From contig CBIMES010000001.1 in NCBI GenBank assembly GCA_966243015.1, forward strand, positions 143,995-207,994: DNA of 64,000 bases, given 5' to 3'. Source of the DNA: an uncultured bacterium. GTDB taxonomy: Bacteria > Patescibacteriota > Minisyncoccia > Phycocordibacterales > UBA6065. The position numbers and the translations under genes were made by a program. The notes under the pieces were generated by a model, which saw only the letters and a program-made list of their open reading frames with translations, was not told the origin of the DNA and did not search any database. Shown here piece by piece: positions 19,009-27,403 of the stretch (position 1 is its first letter; each line of letters starts with the position of its first letter).

Positions 19009-19045
19009 ATTTTGTATAATAGTCTTATCGGAATAATTGAATATC

Positions 19046-19087
19046 TATAGTACTTAATATAATATAGTACTATACTAATTATAGTAA
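19046..19087. promoter_or_regulatory. putative HxlR-family operator between divergent genes
   Basis: TATAGTA at 19046, 19063 and 19080 (17-bp period); palindrome TATAGTACTATA at 19063-19074. Confidence 0.65.
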
Positions 19088-19090
19088 CTA

Positions 19091-19432
19091 ATGATCAGGA
19101 GTCAACACGCTGTGACGGGAAGCCGGTGCAACAAAGTTCTCAAGGCGATCGGGGACTACTGGACGCTTGCCATCATAGGCGCCCTCGGCGACGGTGAGAG
19201 GCGTTTCTGCGAAATCGAGCGCGCCATCGCGGGCGTTAATCCTGTGACCCTGACGGCGCGTCTCAAGAAAATGGAGCAGCTCGGCCTTATAGAGCGAAGG
19301 ACGGAGTCCGAGAAAAAGATTCCTGTCATCTACGCTCTTACCGAGGACGGTCTCGAGCTCTTGCCCATAACGGTGAGCATTCGCAGGTTCGCCGAGGAAT
19401 TCACACCCAAGCGCTCTGGCGGACTTCGATAG
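19091..19432 (+). CDS. HxlR-family winged-helix regulator
   Basis: C...L..IGDYWTL.II..L..G..RF.E......L..RLK.ME..GLI.R...YALTE.G. Confidence 0.92.
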   Translation: MIRSQHAVTGSRCNKVLKAIGDYWTLAIIGALGDGERRFCEIERAIAGVNPVTLTARLKKMEQLGLIERRTESEKKIPVIYALTEDGLELLPITVSIRRFAEEFTPKRSGGLR

Positions 19433-19473
19433 GTGCTATACTAAAAGGTAAGAAGCCTAACATAACAACCACC

Positions 19474-19854
19474 ATGATCAAGAACACTGTGAAAGGTACG
19501 GGCATAGAGCTTTCAGAGGCAATCACGACCGCGATTGACAGGGTTGTTTCCTTCATCGAGAAGTATACAGACCCCGACGACACCAGCGTTCTTGTCGAGG
19601 TCGAGGTCGGCAAGACCACCAATCATCACCGATCGGGCGACATCTTCCGCGCCGAGATCAACTTCCGATCCCGCATCGGCACCCTCCGTGCCGAGGCAGA
19701 GAAAGAGGACCTGTACGTGGCCCTCACTGCGGCTCGCGACGAGATCGTCGAGTCCCTTCGCTCAAAGAAGTCGAAGCGAATCGATTTCATAAGGAGGGGC
19801 GGGCTCAAGTTCAAGAACATGCTTCGCGGCCTGCCTCAACGCTTTAAGAGATAG
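19474..19854 (+). CDS. hpf: ribosome hibernation factor (HPF/RaiA)
   Basis: KGTGIELS, VEVGKTT.HH..G.IFRAEIN, EDLYVA. Confidence 0.85.
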   Translation: MIKNTVKGTGIELSEAITTAIDRVVSFIEKYTDPDDTSVLVEVEVGKTTNHHRSGDIFRAEINFRSRIGTLRAEAEKEDLYVALTAARDEIVESLRSKKSKRIDFIRRGGLKFKNMLRGLPQRFKR

Positions 19855-19858
19855 ATCT

Positions 19859-20017
19859 ATGAACTGGCAGAGCCTCAACAAGCAGATGATAACGTTCTGT
19901 GCCGTCGCGATCCTCTTCGCCGGCAGCCTTTACTATCTCGTGGCTACCGCGTTCAAGAACGAGACCACCCTCGAGGCGCGCCAGGCGACAAGGGGTCTGT
20001 ACGACGATCTCTACTAG
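19859..20017 (+). CDS. small single-TM protein, 52 aa (not in the ORF track)
   Basis: MNWQSLNKQMITFCAVAILFAGSLYYLVATAF...; starts 4 nt after hpf and is followed by a terminator. Confidence 0.6.
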   Translation: MNWQSLNKQMITFCAVAILFAGSLYYLVATAFKNETTLEARQATRGLYDDLY

Positions 20018-20039
20018 CCTGATTAGTCGGCGCGCCGGA

Positions 20040-20066
20040 AAAAGCCGCGAGTGACTCGCGGCTTTT
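20040..20066. terminator. bidirectional terminator
   Basis: AAAAGCCGCGAGT g ACTCGCGGCTTTT. Confidence 0.8.
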
Positions 20067-20068
20067 GT

Positions 20069-20908
20069 TTATTCCTTCCAAAGGGTCTCCTTTTTGCCCT
20101 CGGGTATGACCTTGCGTATGACGAACTTCCCATCCTCGTACGCGGCGTCGGTGATGATAAAGCGAGTGCTTTTGCCGTTCACGTCTTTGAAGAAATAGGT
20201 CGTCGGCCAACCCTTGTACGCGTTGAACTTGAGAAAGTTCTGATACGGGTCGGCGGTGAGGTCGATGAGGCCGTCTTCCTTTTTGATTTTCTTGGTGACG
20301 GTTGCCTCTGCGTGATTCTGCTCTGTTGCTCCGATCGATCCCTCTATCCACTTCGGGAGGGTCTCGACGAGGGCTTGCGCGCCTGCCGTCACCACGAGTC
20401 TCGCGAGCTCATCTGCGGGAATGGGCCAGGTCGCGGGCTCGGTCACGGCCGTGGCGATGATGGGCCCGTGATCCATGAGCTCGTCCATGAGCATGATGGT
20501 CGCGCCTGTCCTGCGCTCGTCGCGGAGGATCGCTGTCTCGATCGGTGACGATCCGCGAAGGCGGGGGAGAAGCGACGCGTGAAGGTTCACGCAGCCACGC
20601 CGTGGTATGTCGAGAACGTCTCGGCGGAGGATCTTGCCGTAGGCGACGACCACGAACACGTCGAAGTTGCCGTCGCGAAGGGTTTTGAGGAACGTCTCGT
20701 CGGCGAGGTTGTCGGGCTGAAGGACGGGGATACCCTCGGCCTGCGCCCAGACCTTTGCCGGCGGCGGGGTCATGACAAGCTTGCGGCCCTGCGGTCGGTC
20801 AGGCTGGGTGACGACGAGAAGCGGCGACATGCCCGCTGCTTTGAGGTGGTCGAGGACGATGACCGCGCGGTCAGGCGTGCCGAAGAATGCGATGCGAGGT
20901 GTTGCCAT
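20069..20908 (-). CDS. fmt: methionyl-tRNA formyltransferase
   Basis: FFGTP, VVTQPDRPQGR, VVAYGKIL, NLHASLLP..RG.SP, MDHGPI. Confidence 0.96.
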   Translation of the reverse strand: MATPRIAFFGTPDRAVIVLDHLKAAGMSPLLVVTQPDRPQGRKLVMTPPPAKVWAQAEGIPVLQPDNLADETFLKTLRDGNFDVFVVVAYGKILRRDVLDIPRRGCVNLHASLLPRLRGSSPIETAILRDERRTGATIMLMDELMDHGPIIATAVTEPATWPIPADELARLVVTAGAQALVETLPKWIEGSIGATEQNHAEATVTKKIKKEDGLIDLTADPYQNFLKFNAYKGWPTTYFFKDVNGKSTRFIITDAAYEDGKFVIRKVIPEGKKETLWKE

Positions 20909-20933
20909 GGGTTTGTGTTATTGCGTGCCGTGA

Positions 20934-21485
20934 TTAGGCGAGTTTCTTGTCGTGCTTGTGCCCCGGCGGCGGCACGTCGTGAACGTCGGTCGCATTGTCG
21001 ATGAAGAGGACACCGTCGAGGTGGTCGCACTCGTGCTGGAAGATCTGGGCGAGGAGTCCCGTGCCGCCGAACTCGAAGGTGTTGCCCTCCTCGTCCCCGG
21101 CGCGCACGCGAGCCTTGGTCGCGCGCATGGTCTTGCCGTAGAGGTAACGGACTGACAGACAACCTTCCTCCATCTCCTCGCGCTCGGGCGAGAGCTTGAT
21201 GATCTTTGGGTTGATGAAGACCATATCGGGGACGGGGACGTTCTTGGGGAGGTTCGCGCCGAGCTCGGGGTACATCATCTCGAGGGCGTTGCCTGCCACG
21301 AGGAAGATGCGGTACGAGACGCCGATCTGAGGTGCAGCGATAGCCACGCCGTCGTCCTGGGAGGCGAGGGCCTCGGACATGTCGGCGAGGATCTTGCGGA
21401 GCTCGGGGGTTCCGAACATTTTGGCCGGCACCGCCTTGGCTTTCTTCCTCAGTACGGGGTCTTCTTTTTGGACAATAGGTACCAT
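20934..21485 (-). CDS. def: peptide deformylase
   Basis: GVAIAAPQIG, EGCLS, QHECDHLDG. Confidence 0.97.
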   Translation of the reverse strand: MVPIVQKEDPVLRKKAKAVPAKMFGTPELRKILADMSEALASQDDGVAIAAPQIGVSYRIFLVAGNALEMMYPELGANLPKNVPVPDMVFINPKIIKLSPEREEMEEGCLSVRYLYGKTMRATKARVRAGDEEGNTFEFGGTGLLAQIFQHECDHLDGVLFIDNATDVHDVPPPGHKHDKKLA

Positions 21486-21566
21486 ATGGTGTGTATGTAG
21501 ACAGTCTATAGAAAATTGGGGAAAAGGCAAAAAGAAAACCCACCGAGCGGGTTTTCCGTTGGTGGG

Positions 21567-22124
21567 TTAGCGTGTGCTGGCGATGAATATCGTGCCTGCT
21601 GGCCAGATGGCGTCTTTGCCTCCGAAGAACGCGAGGTCGAGCTCCCTGTCTCCGACGGCCTCTTCGTAATAGGGAATGAGGGGTGCTCCGCCTTCGATTT
21701 CTACTACTGAGCCGAGGGCGTATATTTTGATACGACCCCTTGCCGTGTTTTCATCTCCCGAGACCCATTTCATGAGATCTCCGAGCGTTCCTGGCCTGTA
21801 TCCGGCCTCGGCGAGAGATTTTATAACTTCTCTTGTGGTTTTATCCTTCTGGAAAGAGAAGACCTCTTGGGTCGAGCCGATTCTCATGCTTTCCTCTCCC
21901 ATGACTGCTGGATTCAGCATCGCATTGACTCGGGAGTAATGAAAAGCCCTGATGAGCTCAATATATGTTGTGACGGTTTCCTTCCAGGGATACTTCTTGA
22001 CCAGAAAGCGTTTAAGCGCCTGGAGCCAAGAACGTCCGTTCCCCCCTGCGAGCCTTTCGTAGAGATCAGCGAGCGTTCCTTTTGATTCGCTGACAGTGAT
22101 ACCGACATTGTTGTCAGAGGACAT
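21567..22124 (-). CDS. hypothetical protein, possible C-type-lectin-fold family of CPR
   Basis: DL.ERL.G..G..WL.ALKRFL.K..PW N-terminus; GYRPGTL..L, I.ALGS, RELDL, W....IF C-terminus. Confidence 0.7.
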   Translation of the reverse strand: MSSDNNVGITVSESKGTLADLYERLAGGNGRSWLQALKRFLVKKYPWKETVTTYIELIRAFHYSRVNAMLNPAVMGEESMRIGSTQEVFSFQKDKTTREVIKSLAEAGYRPGTLGDLMKWVSGDENTARGRIKIYALGSVVEIEGGAPLIPYYEEAVGDRELDLAFFGGKDAIWPAGTIFIASTR

Positions 22125-22250
22125 GGTGCTTTCTTCAGTCTTTGCCTATCAGGGCCGCGCTTGTGCGGGGTTGTCCCGATACGCACGCCGTATTCTTTGG
22201 TTACAGCGCTCTGATGTATATTATATCACAAATAATACAAAAATCAAGTA

Positions 22251-24131
22251 CTAGAGAATGCTCTCTGGATCAACGTTGACTGCGTAAGAAGGCGGGAGCG
22301 AACGTAGTCTCTCCAGAAGTTTTTCGTCAGGCCACTCTCCGCGCGAGAGCTTGATGAGGGCGTGCATGACGTACTCGCCCTTCACGGTCGCGATGAAGGC
22401 GGGGAAGACGTCGACGGTCCAGTCGGCCAGAATCTCCTTCAGCTTCTCCATTGAGTCGAGAACCGTCTCCTTCTTGCCGGTGTACGAGATCTTTATGAAG
22501 TTCGAGAACGGTGGGAACGAGACGGCGCGGCGAGCCTCGATCTCCTCGCGGTAGAAGTCTATGATATTGCCCTTCACGCCCAGTGCGAGCACGGGCTCCT
22601 CGGGTCGCCTCGTCTGGAGGAGGAAGTGCTTGCGAGCGAGCGAGCGCATCTTGAGGATGATCGAAAAAATCTTCTCGTTGATGCGGAAGTCGGGAATCGA
22701 AAAGAGGGCGTCGAGCGAGGCGACGGCGGTGTTGTCTATCTCACGGTCGAGGTATAGCAGGGCGAGCTCGGTGCCGACCATGATGCTGCCGGGCGAGTCA
22801 TAGAACCTCTCGGCGATCTCGACGGCCTTCTTGTGGGTCGGTGCGGACATCTTGTCGAGGACGATGATGTTTGCCTCGGGAATGGCGGCGGCCAAATCCT
22901 CGGCGATGCGCTCGGTGCCGATGCCGAGGGTGGTCAGACGCCAGCTGCCGCAGCCTCGGCAGACGGTGTGCGCGTCAGAGCGGAGACCACACTTGTTGCA
23001 GAGGAAGAACCTCCTGTCGTCCTTGCCGTGCAGGACGAGGGGCGCGGCGCAGCGCTTGCAGGTGAGCGTCGTCTCGCAGTCGGCGCAGATGGTCTGGGGC
23101 GCGAGACCCTTTCTGCCGGCGAAGACGAACATGAGGCCGCTCTCCTCGCGGTTCTTCTGGGCGAGGGCGATGAGGTCGTTTGAGAGGACCCTGATGGACT
23201 TTGCGCCCTTGTATATCTTCATGTCGACAAGGTGGTCGCGGGCGGTCGAGAGGGAACGCATGGCCGGCGGCGCGTACTCGACGAGCTCAGCCTCCTCGTG
23301 CCGCCAGAGCGTCTCCACGCGGACATACGAGTCGCCGAGGATGAGGTCCGCCCCCGTCTCCTTGGCGAGTTTCTCGGCGGCGAGGCGGACGTCGATGAAG
23401 GGCCTGGTCTGGCTTTTGTACGATCGGGAGTTCTCTCGTTCGACGATGATAAGGCCGACGTCGTGGCGGGGAATCGAGAGAAAGCCGCCGGTGGCGACAA
23501 TGATGATGGGGTGATCGTCCTCGAGGGCCTTCTTCCAGCGCTTGGCTATCTCACCCTTGGCGACGCCGCTGTGGAATATGTAGGTGTATGGCTCGATGCC
23601 TTTCTCGAAATACGAGCACGCCTTCTTGATGTCCTCGACGGTCGGCATGAGCATGAAGACGGACTCCTTGCGGGCGAAGCGCTCGCGGATGAGGCTCTTG
23701 TAGTGACCGTAGCGATCGTCATCCGCCTTCTGTAGGACAAACGACTCGCGTGACTTGGTTCGCTTGATGAGGGGCCTGGCCTCGGGGAGCGACTCGTATT
23801 CTGAGAGGACCGTCGCCGGCACGAGGTCAAAGAGCACGCTGCCGACGGACGAGGCATAGTGGCGGGCGATTTCCTCGGTTGCCTTGAAGAATTGGGTCGA
23901 CACGATGCTGCGGGCGTTAAGGTTCGACACCTTCCTCATCTCGAAGTTCGCCGACTTGATCTCGGCCTTTGACTCGGTGGCGGGCTGGCTGGCGAGAACG
24001 ATGGCACCTACGGTGCGCTTGCGGAGGGGCACGCGGATAATCGAGCCCGGAAGGGCTTCGCTTGGGCTCCAATATGAAAGCAGGTCAGCTCCGATTCCGC
24101 GGGCGATGGGTATGGCTTTAATCAGATACAC
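22251..24131 (-). CDS. priA: primosomal protein N' with degenerate helicase motifs
   Basis: PGSIIRVPL, four CxxC, G.GTERI, PDFR..EK, LLQTR, FPPF, VDP; no Walker A. Confidence 0.88.
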   Translation of the reverse strand: MYLIKAIPIARGIGADLLSYWSPSEALPGSIIRVPLRKRTVGAIVLASQPATESKAEIKSANFEMRKVSNLNARSIVSTQFFKATEEIARHYASSVGSVLFDLVPATVLSEYESLPEARPLIKRTKSRESFVLQKADDDRYGHYKSLIRERFARKESVFMLMPTVEDIKKACSYFEKGIEPYTYIFHSGVAKGEIAKRWKKALEDDHPIIIVATGGFLSIPRHDVGLIIVERENSRSYKSQTRPFIDVRLAAEKLAKETGADLILGDSYVRVETLWRHEEAELVEYAPPAMRSLSTARDHLVDMKIYKGAKSIRVLSNDLIALAQKNREESGLMFVFAGRKGLAPQTICADCETTLTCKRCAAPLVLHGKDDRRFFLCNKCGLRSDAHTVCRGCGSWRLTTLGIGTERIAEDLAAAIPEANIIVLDKMSAPTHKKAVEIAERFYDSPGSIMVGTELALLYLDREIDNTAVASLDALFSIPDFRINEKIFSIILKMRSLARKHFLLQTRRPEEPVLALGVKGNIIDFYREEIEARRAVSFPPFSNFIKISYTGKKETVLDSMEKLKEILADWTVDVFPAFIATVKGEYVMHALIKLSRGEWPDEKLLERLRSLPPSYAVNVDPESIL

Positions 24132-24192
24132 GCATACAGACTAGCATAAATAGCCGTCCGTGAAAGGCTTTTTCGGGATGTTATATTTGAAT

Positions 24193-25050
24193 CTAGGGGC
24201 GTGCGGCAATCGTGAGCCTCTCCAATCCTTTCGCGTAGATATTCCAGACTTCGGAAGCGACGAGTGTCTTTGCGTATACGCGAACCTCGTCTATGTGGCC
24301 CTGGAAATATTCGCCATCCGAGCAGGCACTTGAACCCGCCTCGGCTCCGATACAGAGAGGGTTGTTTACCGCGTAGTTCACAGGACCATTGGGCGTCGCA
24401 TTTTCCGCAACCTGCTTTCCGTCGAGATAAAGCCTGATTGTATCGCCGTCATAGGTTACGAGCGCGTGATGCCATGTGTTCGGCGATATGCTCGAGATTG
24501 GCGTTTTGGCGGCGTGCCAGGTTCCCCCTACGTTGAGGAGCCCGCACAGGCCGCCCGTTCCGCCGCAAGCCACGGCCTCGTTGATGGCCAGGCTGTATCC
24601 GCCGGTTTGGGACTTGGAGATGATGCGCCTTGGACCGGTGATTGACGAAGCGTTGAACCAGGCCCCGAAGGACACTGCGGACGTTGGGGCGAGTTCGGCG
24701 GAGTGACCGATTGTGACGCGGCCGGTCGATCCATTAAGCTGAAGAGATTGCCCCGTGCCTGAATAGGTATTTGCCGAGGTGACGCTTGCTCCCGTTGAGA
24801 GTGTCCCGTTGTTACCGCCAGCTCCGTTGATCGCAGTCGTTCCCGAATCCGCGTCAAAGTCCCACATGCCGGCGACCTGGTCTCCCATGGTGCGAAACGT
24901 CTGGGCGGAGAACTGCCTCGCCGCGCCGAGGCGCGCTTTCTCGCGCGCCGAGTTGAGGCTCGCGAGGACGATGCTCGAGAGCAGGCCGATGATGGCGATG
25001 ACCACGAGGAGCTCGATGAGGGTGAAGCCCCTGTTCCGATGAGATGTCAT
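24193..25050 (-). CDS. prepilin N-terminus fused to LamG/concanavalin-like domain
   Basis: [16 protein letters not shown]; [29 protein letters not shown]. Confidence 0.9.
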   Translation of the reverse strand: MTSHRNRGFTLIELLVVIAIIGLLSSIVLASLNSAREKARLGAARQFSAQTFRTMGDQVAGMWDFDADSGTTAINGAGGNNGTLSTGASVTSANTYSGTGQSLQLNGSTGRVTIGHSAELAPTSAVSFGAWFNASSITGPRRIISKSQTGGYSLAINEAVACGGTGGLCGLLNVGGTWHAAKTPISSISPNTWHHALVTYDGDTIRLYLDGKQVAENATPNGPVNYAVNNPLCIGAEAGSSACSDGEYFQGHIDEVRVYAKTLVASEVWNIYAKGLERLTIAARP

Positions 25051-25120
25051 GTTTCTACCATAACAAAATTAATCGGTCGGCGTAACCCTTTGGGCGTATA
25101 CTTTTCCACAGAAGCAAGAG

Positions 25121-25167
25121 GCTGCGCGGGCGGGCCGAAAGGCCCGCCCGCGCAGTCTTCTCTTTTT
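25121..25167. terminator. GC-rich hairpin downstream of murA
   Basis: CTGCGCGGGCGGGCC gaaa GGCCCGCCCGCGCAG. Confidence 0.7.
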
Positions 25168-25181
25168 ATGCGATGCTTTTC

Positions 25182-26750
25182 TTAGAGATCCCTGAACACC
25201 TCGATCTTCGCGCCGATGGCATTGAGACGATTGGCGAGGTCCTCGTATCCGCGGTTGATGTTGTAGACGTTGCGGAGCACCGACGTTCCCTCGGCCGCGA
25301 GCATGCCGAGCATTATAATCACGGACGGGCGAAGGGCGGGAGGGCAGACAATTTCGGTTGCCTTGAGCTTCGTCGGGCCTTTCACATAGAAGCGGTGCGG
25401 ATCGGCGAGGATGGTCTCGGCACGCATCTTGTCGAGTTCCTTGTAATAGATCGCTCGCTCTTCGTACACCCAGTCGTGGATGAAGGTCTGACCCTCCGCC
25501 TGCGTGCCGATGATGGCGAAGAAGGGGAGGTTGTCCATGTTGATGCCCGGGTATGGTTGAGCGTGAATCTTCTCCTCGAGGGCGACGAGCTTCGACGCGA
25601 AGGTTTGGATGTCGACGAGGTTGGTCTTGCTGTTGTCGGCCTTGTATCGCTTCACGATTTTGTACTTGAACCCCATCTTCTCGAGCTTGAGGAGCTCGAG
25701 CTCGAGGAAGTCGATGGGGCAGCGCTCGATGGTGATTGATGACTTGGTGACGATGGCCGCGGCGAGGAGTGACATTGCCTCGATGGGGTCCTCCGAGAGG
25801 AAATACTCAATGTCCTTCTTCACGCCGTTCTTGCTGCCGTCGATGCCGTGTACGGTCATGGTCGAGGTGCCGATGCCGTCGATCTTCGCGCCGAGGAGCT
25901 CGAGGTAGAAGCAGACGTCCTGGACCTGGTAGTTCGCAGAGGCGAACTTCACGGTCGTGGTGCCGGGGATGAGCGCCGCCGCCATGAGCACGGCCTCGGT
26001 CACGGTGTCTCCCGCCTCGTACATGACGACTTCGCGGTCCTTCTTGAGGCCGTCGTGCGAGACGTGGTAGTACTCTGAGCTGGTCTCGATCTTCACGCCG
26101 AGTTTCTCGAGGGCGTAGACGTACGGCTTGATGGTTCGGGAGCCGAGTCGGCAGCCTGACGCCTGAGGGAGGTCAAACTCCTTCATTCTGTGAATGAGCG
26201 AGCCGACCATCATGATGACGGAACGGGTCTTCGCCGCGGAGTCGTAGGCGATGTCCTTCATGGCGAATTTCTCGGGCGGGGTGATGTGCAGATCTGGGCC
26301 CTTCCATTCGATCTTCACGCCGATGGACTCGAGCACCTCGGCGATGCGGTTTACCTCCTCAATCTTGGGAGTGTTCTTGATGACGGTCGTGCCGCGGTTC
26401 ATGAGCGATGCGCACATGAGGCCGACGGCGCCGTTCTTCGACGTGCGCACCTTGATCGAGCCCGAGAGCTGATGTCCTCCCTCGATGCGGAAGTTGACCG
26501 TGCCACCCTTCGCGAGGGAGACGATCTCCTGGCCGAGCGCCGCCGAGAGCTTGGCGAGGGTCTCGGTCGACAGGTTCTGCTCGCCCTTCTCGATGCGGGC
26601 GATGACGGACTGGGTGGTGCCGATCTTCTCGCCGAGCTCGGTCTGGGTCATGCGCCTGTCCTCGCGGAGGCGGGCGATCATGAGGCCGATAGAGGCGAGG
26701 GCTTCGGCAGGCTTGCTCTCCTTCGCGGTTTTTTTGGTTTTGGTGGGCAT
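25182..26750 (-). CDS. murA: XRE-family HTH fused to UDP-N-acetylglucosamine 1-carboxyvinyltransferase
   Basis: N-terminal R....MTQ.ELG..IGTTQS.IARIE.G..N; SKNG, GCRLGSR (catalytic Cys), YPGINMD, RGYE. Confidence 0.9.
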   Translation of the reverse strand: MPTKTKKTAKESKPAEALASIGLMIARLREDRRMTQTELGEKIGTTQSVIARIEKGEQNLSTETLAKLSAALGQEIVSLAKGGTVNFRIEGGHQLSGSIKVRTSKNGAVGLMCASLMNRGTTVIKNTPKIEEVNRIAEVLESIGVKIEWKGPDLHITPPEKFAMKDIAYDSAAKTRSVIMMVGSLIHRMKEFDLPQASGCRLGSRTIKPYVYALEKLGVKIETSSEYYHVSHDGLKKDREVVMYEAGDTVTEAVLMAAALIPGTTTVKFASANYQVQDVCFYLELLGAKIDGIGTSTMTVHGIDGSKNGVKKDIEYFLSEDPIEAMSLLAAAIVTKSSITIERCPIDFLELELLKLEKMGFKYKIVKRYKADNSKTNLVDIQTFASKLVALEEKIHAQPYPGINMDNLPFFAIIGTQAEGQTFIHDWVYEERAIYYKELDKMRAETILADPHRFYVKGPTKLKATEIVCPPALRPSVIIMLGMLAAEGTSVLRNVYNINRGYEDLANRLNAIGAKIEVFRDL

Positions 26751-26779
26751 GGTTCGGTGCTTATGGGTAAGTGAGAAAC

Positions 26780-26800
26780 AGTATAGCATATATGCTATAC
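26780..26800 (-). promoter_or_regulatory. murA extended -10 overlapped by a perfect 20-bp palindrome (putative operator)
   Basis: GTATAGCATATATGCTATAC at 26781-26800; minus strand reads TG-C-TATACT. Confidence 0.75.
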
Positions 26801-26856
26801 ATTTAAGACGGTGCTGTGGATAAAAAAGCACGCAGGGGAGGCGTGCTGAGGGGGGT

Positions 26857-27003
26857 CTATCTTCTTGTGAGGGAGGCGACGATCCAGGCTGCGAGCAGGA
26901 GGGCCAGAAGGCCAGAGACGACGGACGATACGGTGAGGCCCTGCCATTTCCCGGTGTCGCACCCGTGGCTTTCGCTGGTCGATGGGGAGGGGTCGGCGTT
27001 CAT
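26857..27003 (-). CDS. small membrane protein, 48 aa
   Basis: MNADPS...GLTVSSVVSGLLALLLAAWIVASLTRR; TATGGT-N6-ATG with TTGACA upstream. Confidence 0.5.
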   Translation of the reverse strand: MNADPSPSTSESHGCDTGKWQGLTVSSVVSGLLALLLAAWIVASLTRR

Positions 27004-27085
27004 TTCATCACCATAGTGCCCCCGTCGTGTCCAGATGTCAACAAAACATCCGCACCTGAGTGCGGATGTGATATCTGGCCGCGGG

Positions 27086-27313
27086 TCAGGGCCAGGTGAC
27101 GTTGAGGCTCTTGAACAGATCCTCAAGCTGCGTGACGAGCTGTCTTCCTCCTTCTTTTGCCCTGAGGGCTTCTCGCCGGCAGGTGGCGAGGAACACTTTG
27201 AGCGGTTTTTCCGTATAATCTGCGAGCAGGACGATGCGAATGTGGGACTTGCCGCGAAGCAAGTCGCCGAGCGGGATTTCCGTGATGTCGAGGACGGGTG
27301 CTGGTGAGGCCAT
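27086..27313 (-). CDS. orphan hypothetical protein
   Basis: 75-aa ORF with TTGACC upstream and hairpin ACATCCGCAC/GTGCGGATGT downstream. Confidence 0.55.
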   Translation of the reverse strand: MASPAPVLDITEIPLGDLLRGKSHIRIVLLADYTEKPLKVFLATCRREALRAKEGGRQLVTQLEDLFKSLNVTWP

Positions 27314-27403
27314 GGTGAGCGGTTCGCATATAACTATCTATCACTTAGGAGGGGTGGTCAAGACTCGCCAATCCACAAAATAGGCGTATAGTTAAGGCCA
27401 CAT

